A DNA stretch of 64,000 bases. It comes from Octopus vulgaris (lineage: Eukaryota). The stretch is taken from the NCBI GenBank assembly GCA_951406725.2, contig OX597837.1:15500001-15564000 (forward strand), given 5' to 3'. Every line of letters begins with the position of its first letter. Position 1 is the stretch's first letter. The notes under the pieces are model-generated. The model saw only the letters and a program-made list of their open reading frames with translations. It was not told the DNA's origin and ran no database searches. Made by a program: the position numbers and the translations under genes. Positions 1 through 12,884 of this stretch are shown one piece after another.

Positions 1-1109
1 TCCTCTTTTCTCCTCCCCTCCCTCTCTCTCTCTCATTCTGTTTCTCTTTTCCTTTGACTTCATTTGATTCGGGTTTTTCGCATTTAATCTACATAGACTC
101 AGTGTATTACCTTCCCCTTTCCTCTTCTCCCTCCTCCTCCTCCTCTGTCACTTCCTCCTACTCCTCCAGTTTTCTCCTCTTGCAACTACCATTAATCATC
201 CTCCTCCCACCAACACTAGTCTTATCAACTACCATCCTTTCACCATAAACATTTACATATTACCTTCCCACTACCACCACCGCCATTAATACCTTTCCTC
301 GCTGCTGCCAACCATTAAAATGAATACTTTTCTCATCACCATTCCCTAAATACCATCCTTTCACAAGCATACCACCATCACCACCACCACCACCACCACC
401 ACCGCCACCGCCACCGCCACCGCCTCTGCCGCCATCACCGCTACAGCTTGCCATTCTACTCCGTTGCCGTTTATCTAAACATTTCATCTTGCACAGACTT
501 AACATTCTTCACTGTAATATCACACACACGCACACACATACACATACACACACACACGCTCACACACACAGTCTTTTTATCTCTACTCATTTTCCTCAGT
601 TTTCCCCCTCCCTCTTTCTTTCACTCTCTTGTGTTCTGTCTCCCATTTCCACTCGAAGAAGAAAAAGAAAAAAAAAATGAAAAACAACGTCCTTTGAATA
701 TTTCCTCCGCCATCTTTAATCTGCTTGCCAACATAAATAGACGTTCATAATGCTTCGCTGCCTTTCATAAAGGTTCTCAAAGCTATTTTTTTCCCTCCTT
801 CACCACCGACCACCTCTCCACAATCAATCCACTTTCATCTTCTGTTTCTATTTGCAGTTCTATTGCTCACTCTCACCACCACACCCATATACTATTTCTA
901 ATCTCTCTACATCCTCCACATCCACCACATCCACCGCTTTCGTTTAATGTCTCCCTCGTGCTCTACACTTAAACATAACGAACGCACAACAACACTACAA
1001 CTTGAAATCATCAAACACGACTGTCTAACTGAACCTCCCCACCCCAAACCCACTATCAGTTTACATAGCACCATCTCCCACCACTACTCTATATCTATAT
1101 CTATGTCTA

Positions 1110-1148
<39 letters not shown>

Positions 1149-2629
1149 ATATATATATATACATACATACGCACACAGAAGTAGCACTCAGCTCATATAT
1201 CTAGCATTGTATTTATTAATTCGAGCAATAGGTTGACTCATGTTACTTCCTTGTCCACGAAACTTTAAGTAATGCGAGCAATCATGTCAACCTGTTACTC
1301 AATATATATATGTAATTTAAAACAGTTTGGTTCGGTTCTGTGTTACTTCAAGTTTCGCAGGCCCCTAACGGGATCCCGACTCTTTCGGGCTCCTGCCGAG
1401 GATCTACGTATGTTTTCGTGTGTGTATGTCTCGTCTCTGCAGGATGCTCTCATCCGCAATACGGTATTATTTCAATATATTAATAATGTCGGTAACCAGA
1501 TAGCGTAATGTTCTGCTGGGCGGTGAACTGGAATGCTACTCGTGGAAATAGACGGAGATCCATTTACCTAGCTGTGTATAAGCAGCAGCAGCAGCAGATT
1601 AGGCAGACGCGAAAACAAAAACTAACAAAAAACAAAAAGCAAAAAACAAAAACAAAAAAATCGGAAATGTAAGACATGACTCATGGTTTATAAATCCGAT
1701 ACTATTACACGCCATACTGTACTATGCCTACTACGCTGTATTATAATACACGGCTTGCTAGTCAGCTTGTACTCCTCCTGCCACGCACTCACACACTCTC
1801 TCTCTCTCTCTCTCTCTCCTTTTCCCCTTCCCTCGTCCTATTTCCTCTCTCACTCACATACAATCCCGCTCTTTCTCTCTCCCCCTCCCCCTCTCTATCT
1901 CTCATATTCCTGTCTTCTTCTCAGCCTCTAAATTAAAACCTTACAACGAACAATGTACGTCGACATTTCTCCCCCCCCCCCACCGCCTTCCATAATCCCG
2001 CTCCGCTGCCGATATCTTGAATTTATCACCACTGTCCAATTAGATTAAAAATCGTTTCTTGTTACATACACACACAGCTACATACAAACTATGCAATCAC
2101 ACACACACACACACTCCAGCAGTCTGATCTCTCCACCCCTCCCGCCTCACATTACATCAAACATTCTTCTGACATTTATAAGCTTTTATTATGCTATCGC
2201 CATACTACTATACACATCAGACATACTCTTCCTCCACATCCACTACAACCATATATAACAGACGGCTTTCTATTAAAAGTCTATTAAAAGCTATCGACTT
2301 TCTCTCTCCCCCTCTCGCTTCCTTTATACTCTATCGCTTTATGTTCTCTTTCTCTGTATATATCTCTCTCTGCTTATCTATATATTTCTCTATCTCCATT
2401 CGTTTTACTCGGCTTCGTTTTCCATTGTCTAATTCGTCTTGCCATTTAGTCTGACTTGACTATATAAGCTAATCTAATGTCATTTATAGCCAGACGATAC
2501 CATTGTCGCTCTAATACAAAAATTGTTCACAGCTGACACACAAGCCTGATATTCTCAAACCACTACACAACGCTTCGTCACTTGCTATATATATATATAC
2601 ATACACACATGAGATAGACAGATAGGCAA

Positions 2630-2691
2630 ACAGACAGACAGACAGACAAACAGATAAATAGACAGACAGGCAGGCAGACAAACAGATAGAC

Positions 2692-2775
<84 letters not shown>
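2630..2775. repeat. (GACA)n/(GATA)n microsatellite
   Basis: Read directly from the sequence. Confidence 0.95.
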
Positions 2776-2938
2776 GCGTATCTCCTTTCTATATAACATT
2801 TTCTCCACTGAATCGTCTGTTTTCATCGAATTTTGCTTTCATCTGTCTCCTTCGCCAACTCCACTCTTGCATAATTATTAGCTCAGTAATTTTCTTTCTC
2901 TTTCTCCCATCTTACTCTTCTTTCTACATCTCGCTCTC

Positions 2939-2943
<5 letters not shown>

Positions 2944-3008
<65 letters not shown>
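2944..3008. repeat. (CT)n microsatellite
   Basis: Read directly from the sequence. Confidence 0.95.
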
Positions 3009-3013
<5 letters not shown>

Positions 3014-4244
3014 GTTTTCTCCTCACAAATTTTTCTTTATCTGTTTAACATATCTTTGTTTTCTAATACACTTAATCTCTTCATCTCTTCTATACCAGCC
3101 TTCTGTTTTATCTTTTTCTTTTCCTTCTCTTACCCTATCAACCATCATTTTCATTCCCCTCTCCTACTCTCTCTTCCTCTCTTCTTCTTCTCTCCCCCGC
3201 TCTCTCTCTCTTCATCTCACTTTCTCTGCCTATTCACACTTCAACGCGCACACACGCCATACTTCTGAAATTAAAATATCACCGACTGGCTGACTGGCTG
3301 ACTGGCTGGTCGGCGTTTCATTCCACATTTGAATTTATAAGGCAACTGTCTACTTTCGTTGTAGCAAAGCAGACATCACTAGGCAAGCAGACATTGGGCG
3401 AGCCGATGACGTGAAGAACGTAGGGGAGACAGGAGTGAAAGCGAAGCGGTTGAGTGGAATGAAGGGATAATTAATAAAACATCATAGCAATGATAATAAA
3501 GATAAAAGGAACGAGTGAATGGGGAAGGGGGTAGGAGGAGTGAGACGGGTTAAGAGAATCGTCATCTGATGATGTTTGCGATTCAAAGAGAATAATATTT
3601 AAAGGGAAGATGAGTCGTTGGAGATCAAAACGACTTGTTTTATGTTGTTTGGTCTATGTCTGTCTGAATAAATTCAGAATGCTTTTGATGGATCATCCGT
3701 CGGTTTCGACGATGAGCATTTCGTTGATTAATCAATCACCTGGACTACTTACTCGTTAAATAAACATATTAAGAAGCGGACGGAGTATTCACAGACACAT
3801 CTACCCTTAAAGTACTTTGTTGTTGTTGTTAAGCAACAAGGCGGGTGAGGGTGATTAGGTGATGGTTTAGGGCTTAGGGGCGGGAGTCCCCAGACCTTGG
3901 GGAAAAAAAAAACTTTCGTCGTCTTGTTGTAGTCGAGGGCTCTTCGTTGACGCCCGACTCCACTGGGAAGTGGCCCTCGAAGTCGCTGGAAATGGAGATC
4001 TCCAGGTCCAAATTCTTAAACCGCCCATTAAAGTAAAAGTACTGTTTATGTCGGTGTATAACATGAACTCCCGCGTGAGATGCACAATATTTTACAGGCG
4101 TAATTTGTTGTGGAACAATGTATTGTTCTGTGCGTGTAATTACAATCTCGTGACTGTACACTGGAATATAGTATCAGAAATAAGCTACATTATAGAAGAA
4201 CCACATTTCGACATTATCGTCTTTCACATCATTTATTTTTTATT

Positions 4245-4562
4245 TGTTCCAGTCATTTGACTGCGGCCATGCAGGAGCACTGCATTTAGTCGAGCAAGTC
4301 GACCCCAGGACTTATTTTTTTGTAAGCCTAGTACTTATTCTACCAGTCTCTTTTGCCGAACTGCTAAGTGACGGGGATGTGAACACACCAGTATCGGTTG
4401 TCAAGCGATGTTGTCACACGCATACACACACACACACACACACACGATGAGCTTCTTTCAGTTTCCGTCTACTAAATCCACTCACAAGGCTTTGGTTGGC
4501 CCAAGGCTATAGTAGAAGACACTTGCCCAAGGTGCCATGCAGTGGGACTGAACCCGGAACCA
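4245..4562 (-). mobile_element. tRNA-derived SINE family A
   Basis: Highly similar to 7627-8031; 5' head truncated. Confidence 0.8.
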
Positions 4563-4779
4563 GTCAAGAGAATAGCCATACAGGATGTAAAGCTCGTATT
4601 TCTGGCTGTGATTTTTGGGGTAACCACAACTGGTCACCAGGGTGGCGCACCTCAGCTCTATAGCTTTGTTGTCGTCACAAGTAAAGAAGTTTCATTTAAA
4701 TAGTTAAAAACAAAGTTTTTTCAAGCAACACGGTCATTAAATGACGTAAGACATGTATCAGGTTTAGATCATGTACTTG

Positions 4780-5395
4780 TGAAAGGAAGTACTTTGTGAT
4801 GATGCAACCTCACCACGTGACAGCAAATATTCAATATTCAGGGCTTCATCATTCCTGAAGAAGGAACCCTTCCTTGGACTCCTTCCACCGCTGTCTGTCC
4901 GGCCAGTCGTGGCCATGTAGGATCCAGGTAACGGGTGAAATCTTCTCAACGTCTTGTCTTTGGTCGGCCTCAATCACTCTGATTGTCTACCTGTTGTCCA
5001 TCAGTCGCACGATGTTCCCAGCCCATCTATATGTGTCTTCCTTGGTGGTTCTTATGATGTTCTTGACTCTTGTATGCTGTTGAATCCAGACGTTGGTTTT
5101 CTTGTCCTGCAATGTGATGCTGAGCATGATTCGTTCCATTTTCCGTTGGTCTACAATGAGTGTCTTCATGGTGGAAGTGTTGAGAGTTCATGTTTCACTG
5201 CCGTAAATCATCACTGGCAAGATGTACTCGTTAAAGGACTTTCTTTCAATTTTCATGGAAGCCTTCGACTTCTCATGAAGTTTCCCACCTTCCCAAACGC
5301 TGCTGCACAACCAAGCACTATTCGTCTCTTGATTTCCGGGAGGAGATTCCTGTCTTTCGCCACCATGTTTGTGCAAATACACTTGTCATAATCTG
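4780..5395 (-). mobile_element. RTE-clade LINE fragment (RT thumb/C-terminus)
   Basis: EIKRRIVLGCAAAFGK, KSFNEYILPVMIYGSET and DQRKMERIMLSITLQDKKTNVWIQQHT..YRWAGNIVRLMDNR. Confidence 0.85.
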
Positions 5396-5948
5396 ACTTG
5401 TTTCCAATACCTAGAAGACTTATGCTTCTCTCGTTCCCTCGTCCACAACACTCCATCCCCCATTTGTAATATGGCTGCATCAGATGCAGGGCAAGGTTTC
5501 TGATACATTTAAAAATAAAACGCATTGTGTACGCCAGCATATACAGTAAATCTCGGGCCGAATGAGCGTGACACAACGTGACCAGGCTGGAATAGTGAAT
5601 GTTTGGTAAAAACCCATCGACTGGGATTCCATAAAGTTTCCATCATCTAAATTTCAGTTCAAAGACTTTTGGTGGTCGACACGAGACAATGAGATTAAGA
5701 GACACTTTACTAAGATGCTGCGAGCAGGAATCGAACTCACTTCTGAAAACACTCGGCCATTTCCAGCACTCGCATACACACACATACACATACATGCTAC
5801 ACAGACTTATAATTTGGTGTGTGAGGTGTGTATAATTTGGTGAGTGTTTGTATGTATGTCTGTGTAATTTGGTGAGTGTGACTGTGCATGCGCACGTGCG
5901 TATATATATGCGCGCGCGCGTGTGTGTGTGAGTGTGTGTGTGTGTGTG

Positions 5949-5982
<34 letters not shown>

Positions 5983-6004
5983 CATACATAGTTCCACAAT
6001 GCCC

Positions 6005-6240
6005 CTCACGGATGTTTTTTTGGATATATCATCAGTGATGCTTCTATGGTTTCTGGGTCTTCCAGGACTCTCATCATCCGATTCCCTTCACACAGTTGAC
6101 CCAGCTGCGGTTCATCAGATCCCAGCTTGCAAACCACAAGTCGACCCCTCTTTATCCAACGTCCTCCTACTCCCTTTCTCTGCAGCTTCGGTGATGGAAT
6201 GCATGGCTTTCCTCTTTGGGACATCATTGACTCCAAACCC
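6005..6240 (-). mobile_element. HERO-type (R2 group) LINE 3' end
   Basis: Minus strand KAMHSITEAAEKGSRR..WIKR resembles the HERO C-terminus (EAAEKASRWLWIKR), followed by a HERO-like 3' UTR (..catcactgatgatatatcc). Family recall, not a search result. Confidence 0.5.
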
Positions 6241-6623
6241 ACCCCGGGGCTTAGCAGAATGAATGTCCCACAAACCATTGCCTGTCTGATGATCTTCTAT
6301 GAAAACAACCCCTTACCAAACAAGTAGAACTCTATCCAGTAGCAACGAAAAATCTTCCAACGTACACCCTGCCGTTTTTTATAAACGGATGGATTCTTTG
6401 AATAATGTTGTCCTTGATACGCTGTGGCAGAAAGAGCAGAGAAATCTCCCTCAAATCATACACTGCTGTCATAAAGAGGGCGAGAAAGACGCGGCGGATA
6501 ATGAAGTCCAAGACACGCAAAGAAACATTTGCATCTTCGCCTCCATTTCTTCTCTTCCCCAATCCTCGTTTTTATCTCCATCACCAACTTTATCGCATTC
6601 AAGATCACCGATTCAACATTCCT

Positions 6624-6670
<47 letters not shown>

Positions 6671-6916
6671 ACCCTCTTTCTTTCTCTCTTTGCCTTCCTT
6701 CCTTCCTTTTGCAATGTCTTACGCCCCACCTTAACTCAGTAAACTTACCAGCAGATAATACTTGTTAATCCTTATTACTGCCACCACCATCCGCATCTTC
6801 TTCACCACCAGCACTGCCACCTCATACCCACCCAGCACCATTGCGACTACTACTATACCACCACCACCAACAACACCACCACCACCACCACCACCACTAC
6901 CACCACTATCACCACC

Positions 6917-6948
<32 letters not shown>

Positions 6949-7155
6949 CAACAACACCAACACCACAAACAGCTTTGATATCAAAAGCAACGTCTGTAAG
7001 TCTTCATCTCTCCTCATCCTTCTCCCCTTTCTACACTTTCTGTGGTGGTGCCAAGCTACGGTGACCTTTTGACCTGTTGTCGGTGATGTAGGTCATCCGA
7101 AAGAAACATGTTTGAAAAGGATGACGTCTTCACAACCAGCGCCGGCTGCGTTCAT

Positions 7156-7223
7156 TGCTGCTGCTGCTGCTGCTGCTGCTGCCGCTGCTGCTGCTGCTGC
7201 TGCTGCCGCTGCTGCTGCTGCTG
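7156..7223. repeat. (CTG)n microsatellite
   Basis: Read directly from the sequence. Confidence 0.95.
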
Positions 7224-7362
7224 CCCCTTTAAGTCTCAACTTGATAAGTGAAATGTGGTGGAGGATGGGGGGGGGGGCGGTGACTTTGAAGAAGCATCCG
7301 TTGAATGCAATAAGAGAGCATTACTACGGGGAGGGCTGTACCAGTTCAAAGCGAACAAACGT

Positions 7363-7394
<32 letters not shown>

Positions 7395-7626
7395 TAGTAA
7401 TAGTAGTAGTAGGAGGAGTTCATACGTGGTGGATTGACTTGCTAGCAATATCAGCTAAGTTTTCTTCAAATCACACTGTCCTCTCTCTTATCTAAATGAA
7501 TAAATATATATATCCAATCCGACGATGCACTGACCGAAACTTCGAGGTCACTCTCTATAATATTCTTGTTTAAGAATAATATATTTTATATGCGTGCGTG
7601 TGTGTGTGTGTGTGTGTAAATGTATA

Positions 7627-8031
7627 CTCTTTTACTCTTTTACTTGTTTCAGTCATTTGACTGCGGCCATGCTGGAGCACCGCATTTAGTCGAGCAAATC
7701 GACCCCGGGATTTATTCTTTGTAAGCCCAGTACTTATTCTATCGGTCTCTTTTGCCGAACCGCTAAGTTACAGGGACGTAAACAGACCAGCATCGGTTGT
7801 CAAGCAATGCTAGGGGGACAAACACAGACACACAAACACACACACACACATACATATACATATATACGACAGGCTTCTTTATCAATTTCCGTCTACCAAA
7901 TCTACTCACAAGGCTTTGGTCGGCCCGGGGCTATAGCAGAAGACACTTGCCCAAGATGCCACGCAGTGGGACTGAACCCGGAACCATGTGGCTGGTTAGC
8001 AAGCTACTTACCACACAGCCACTCCTGCGCG
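7627..8031 (-). mobile_element. tRNA-derived SINE family A (full length)
   Basis: Head with A box tggctgtgtgg and B box ggttcagtccc, internal (CA)n, and tail (aaaagagt)n; many related copies in the window. Confidence 0.85.
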
Positions 8032-8654
8032 TATATAAAAGTTTGTTTATAAAAAACAACACTATGAAATAATAGTTCTTAAATCTGAGGGAAAGAAACT
8101 GCTAGGTGTATTTTAGTGTAGTGATAGAACACTTGTCACGAATACATAGAGATGTGGGTCCGAATCCCATGCGTACAGCAAACTCCCCTTTTTTCCGTCG
8201 AGGGCTTATATGCCCCAATATCAGACTATTTACCTTAGTCAATGCATGGTGACCGCTTATAAGCTTTAAGCTTATAAAATATTAAAATACATTATATTAT
8301 ATTATAATATAATAAAATACACCCATTTTATTATATTATAAACATACATGTGTACATATGTGTGCTTATTAATTAATTTTTCTCTCCTTAAAGCTGCATA
8401 CTTTGCATTTTTGTAAAGCGAATTTCATGTGCGTCACTCTACTGAACCCGTGTATTGTCTGTGGCAGTGTTTCTAGTTATTTATCATCTGAAAAGTATAG
8501 CTGCAGACTGTACCTATGCAAAAGACGGCTGATTGTTTACTAAGACCCAGGTGGACTTAGTACAAACATTAGTTAGATGTGCCAATGCCAGGCAGAAAAT
8601 AAGTGAGTGGAATGAGTGGAGGCGAGTATTCTTGTATATTCCTCCTGGTATAGG

Positions 8655-8885
8655 TGTAGGCATAGGTGTATGATTAAGAAGCTTGCTTTGCAGTCGTTTG
8701 GTCCTGGGTTCAACCCCACTGTGCGGCACCTTGGGTGTCTTACACAAATTCCGGGCCTTTGTTGACGGAAACTGTGTAGAGGCCCATCGTGTGTGTGTGT
8801 GTGGCCACCACCACTTCACAACCGGCTTGTTTACACGTCCGTAATCTAACAGTTCGGCAAAAGCAATTGATAGAACGCGCACCAA
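8655..8885 (+). mobile_element. SINE family A, decayed
   Basis: gggttcaaccccactgtgcggcaccttggg..gacggaaactg..ttcggcaaaag. Confidence 0.65.
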
Positions 8886-9270
8886 ACTAATCTTGCAACT
8901 ATGAGATGTATTGTTATTGTCAGGATTTTACTGTAATCAACAACAAACACGTTTCGTCGATATAAAAGTCTTTATTAAAGAGGCAAAGATGGTGGAACCG
9001 AGCGAAATGCTCGGCGGTATTTCATCTGTCGTTTGTTTTGAGTTCAAATTCCGCCGAGGTCGACTTTGCCTTTCATCCAATTAAATAAGTACCAGTTACG
9101 CACTGGGGTCGATATGACCGATAGAATGAATACCAAACTTTAAAAAAATCCTAAGTCCTGGGTTTTTGTTTGGTTCGAAAGCGGTGCTGCAGCTTGGCCG
9201 CATTCTGATTATTGAAACAAGTAAAAGCAAAAGACCACCAAAACATATTCTTCAATTTCTCTCAATGTTT

Positions 9271-9302
<32 letters not shown>

Positions 9303-9443
9303 GTTTTTCTTCTTCTTTTTTTACCAATTTCTTAAAATCGTTTTTCGTTGCAGTCGAACTTTTTGTTTTATTTTAAAAACCGTTTTCTGTTTTCTTTGCG
9401 ATCTTTGATATCGAATAACTTTCGATTAAGTTATATTTCTTCA

Positions 9444-9445
<2 letters not shown>

Positions 9446-9483
<38 letters not shown>

Positions 9484-9490
9484 ATGTATG

Positions 9491-9521
<31 letters not shown>

Positions 9522-9524
9522 ATG

Positions 9525-9592
<68 letters not shown>

Positions 9593-9613
9593 CTTTCTTT
9601 GTATACATGTATG

Positions 9614-9684
<71 letters not shown>
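9446..9684. repeat. Compound (TA)n/(TATG)n repeat
   Basis: Read directly from the sequence. Confidence 0.95.
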
Positions 9685-9686
<2 letters not shown>

Positions 9687-10593
9687 TATTTGTCTTTTGA
9701 TTTTCGCTTCTTTTTTGTTAATCTTTTCCCCGTGACTTATCGTTTTGGGTTTCGTTAAGGATACAGAGATCTTTTTTTTAATACTTGACCACGTTATTTT
9801 CTTTCTCAGAAGTTCTTTTTGTAATAAAGTACTAGTCAAGCCCTGGGGTTGCCTTCTGCTCCGTAGATTATTTCGTTTATTCTGGTGACATTGATGTTCG
9901 TATCTGCTTTCAATATTTCTTCCATGTCCAGGATTTTGTGTCTTTCTTTTATTACTGTTAATATTTCATCGTCAAGTTTTATCTTAGAAATACTGGTGAT
10001 AGGTTTCGTTTATCTATCGATTTTAAGTTTTAATAATCTTCACCTTTAAATTATTGTTATATTAAAAATGTCGGGTTTGGATTATTCGATTTAAAAAATT
10101 CTCATTTACATTTAATCAGATTTTCGTTCGTGAAGTTCTTGTTAAACTTCTGTTGATCCTTATTTCATAGCTATAATCCCACTGAGGCCAATTTTGCTTT
10201 TGATCCATGCGAGGTCGATGTAATAAAGTACTAGTCAAGCCCTGGGGTTGCCTTCTCCCCTGATTTTAAGGTTATCGTGAAATGCCTGGTTGGAGGCCCT
10301 ACCTTTCGAGGTCTATACCGCAGGCTACTCTTCAAGCCAAGGATATCTTCAAGCCGAGAATCAAGATATCTTTGGCCTCAAGAGTAGCCAGCGATATACA
10401 CCTCGCTCGGATATTTACTTCTTTTGAGGTTCCACTCGCCATGAAACATATGTAGCCCGGATCTTGTCTACTCCATTCCTTAACTCTTGTATTCTTATTT
10501 ATAAGAATAGATTGGAGGTTAAATAGATTGGAGGTTAAATATTTTTCTCAACGGGCTACATATATACATACAAACATTCACTACATACACTTA

Positions 10594-10639
<46 letters not shown>

Positions 10640-10910
10640 GAGGGCATTATTACACATAAATGCCGCAATAATGCCCTCATTATTACACATAAATGCCGTA
10701 ATAATGCCCTCTATATAATATAAATAAATATTTTGAAGTGGAAAAAATTTACAGATTTTTTCTTTTATGAGGTTTTTCACGCTAACTACTTGATAATTTC
10801 TTATTAAAATTTCTTATTAAGATTTTATCCTATTTTAAAAATTATCTCGTGAGTACCGTTGGCGATTTTTTTCCTCTGTCTTCCCTTCTCAGGATCTTTC
10901 CCTCTCCTGT

Positions 10911-10945
10911 GTTTCCGACGAAGAGCTCCGCTCGAAACGTTAAAC
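10911..10945 (+). ncRNA. Minimal hammerhead ribozyme-like motif (variant core) in a PLE-like tail ending at (TA)n 11042
   Basis: gttt-CCGACGA-A-gagc(tcc)gctc-GAAA-cg-TT-aaac, with palindrome AACGTT at stem III. Confidence 0.55.
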
Positions 10946-11037
10946 CCTCCTTCTTCCCTTCTTTCCTGAGCGTCCAATAATACTTTATTTGTTCCACATC
11001 CTCGCGTTGTTTTCTTTTTGTGTTTTCTTGTTTGGAT

Positions 11038-11077
<40 letters not shown>

Positions 11078-11657
11078 AATAAAATATATGCATATATATA
11101 AACATATATGTACGTACCTACCTCTACATGTACATATACACGCATATATGTGTACAGGACACCAAAAAGACGTCGAACTCATAGAGAGACGAAAAACATA
11201 GACACAAACCAAGGAACAAGACAGGCAAAAAAAAGGAGATACAGGACAATAAGCACAACGAAAAATCCCCTTCTTCAGTCGCTAAAGTTTCATCTACTAA
11301 ACGTTTCGAAGGATAAAAGCGAGACGTATACTTCGAATGAAAAATTCCTTCCTGCGAAAAGCAAATCAATTAAAATTCTGAGATCTTGTCGCAGAGGGGT
11401 AAAAAAAGCAAGACGGTAACGACAGTACAAACATATAAACAGTAAAAAATATATATATAAACAGTGGAAAAATAAATATATAACAGTGAGAGACAGGACA
11501 AGGAGAACAAGATAAGAAGGGCTGTTAACGCCAGACGAAAAAAGTATTGCAAACGCTGGATTATAGTGGACGACGAGAGAGGAAGATGTCGACCAGTGGC
11601 CTTAGAAGGCGGGCGAGAAAGGACGGGATAGCAGTTACGACGGAAGTACGTCGCAGA

Positions 11658-11698
<41 letters not shown>

Positions 11699-12761
11699 CA
11701 TATTCAGATGAATATGGTACTTTAGTTGAGGCAAGTAAAAGAAGAATAGACAGCAAATGTAAAATGTAAAAGTTCAGACGCAACACACGACTACCTCGGG
11801 ATGGGTGGTGGGGTGTGGGTGGATGAAACCTTTTCAAATTATCAAACCTTTGGCAGCATTTATGGAATGAATGGGAAACCTAACAGAGAACAAAGTTCAC
11901 GTCGGTTCTTTCCAAAATCGTTGCAGACAAACAGTTCTTCATTCTGCATCTCTTACGTTTTCATTTCTTCTTATCTGATGGAATCTGCCGGCAATTTTCA
12001 TTCACAATGCATTTTTCGCATCGCTTTTGAATGTGATACGATGGAAACTGGGAATTCAGATAATAGCTTCAAATGTTGGTACAAGGCCTACGGTTTCGGG
12101 GGAGCGGGGTATGTTGGTTATATCCGCCCCAGTACGGAACTGGGGTTTTAAAGACCTTCGAAAGGACGAAAGGACGAAAGGCAATGTCGACCTCACTGGA
12201 ATTTGTTCTCAGACCGTTACGATGGACAAAATGCCGCTAAGTATTTTGCCCGGAGCGCAAACGATTCTACCTGCTCGTCACACTCGAAGATTCAGATATT
12301 AAGAATAAGATATAAAATAGCGATTCATTGTTTTTTTTAATATAATTCTTAAGAACTGAGAAAATGTCATTTCCGTTATCTTCTGATCGACCGAAATGAT
12401 CAAGATTTCCTGAAATGAACTCTTGTGTCCCTTAACAGCAAATCGTCCCCAGAGCGGTTGTCTCCTGTTTCGTAGTTGTCTATTCAACTGCCAATAGACA
12501 ATCTCTTAACGACTGTCCATTAATCTAATTACAGAACTACTGTCTATCGATTGGTATTTTATTTATCGACCTGGGATAATAAGAACAAAGTTGTCCTCGA
12601 TTCGCAGAACAGGGAGCCAGAATAATTGCACCAAACATTCTATTCGACGCTCTATCGATTCTGCTAAATCACTGCCTTTCATTCTCAACACTTTGGCTGC
12701 CGCCATTTTCTTGTTATTTCGCTTCAATCTATTTCCTATAATTTCTCTCTTTCTCTTGTGT

Positions 12762-12829
<68 letters not shown>

Positions 12830-12884
12830 TTTAGTAAGCGAATTCTATTGATAAACGTTACTTCATTCATGGTAGTTATTATTA

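Noticed and set aside
9348-9839. Long ORFs rich in YI/IY, HT, CV, LS or ER repeats (here and throughout, e.g. 22848, 31693, 52402, 57916)
   Set aside because: They are translations of microsatellites, with no coding evidence.
9821-10256. 37-bp direct repeat gtaataaagtactagtcaagccctggggttgccttct (9821-9857, 10220-10256) as an LTR or TSD
   Set aside because: It is part of a SINE B body, too long for a TSD, and has no internal element hallmarks; likely a local duplication.
11265-11320. Permuted hammerhead-like order (GAAA..CTGAAGA) on the minus strand, similarly at ~34880-34945
   Set aside because: Stems I and II do not pair convincingly; these may be PLE tails but are not callable as ribozymes.
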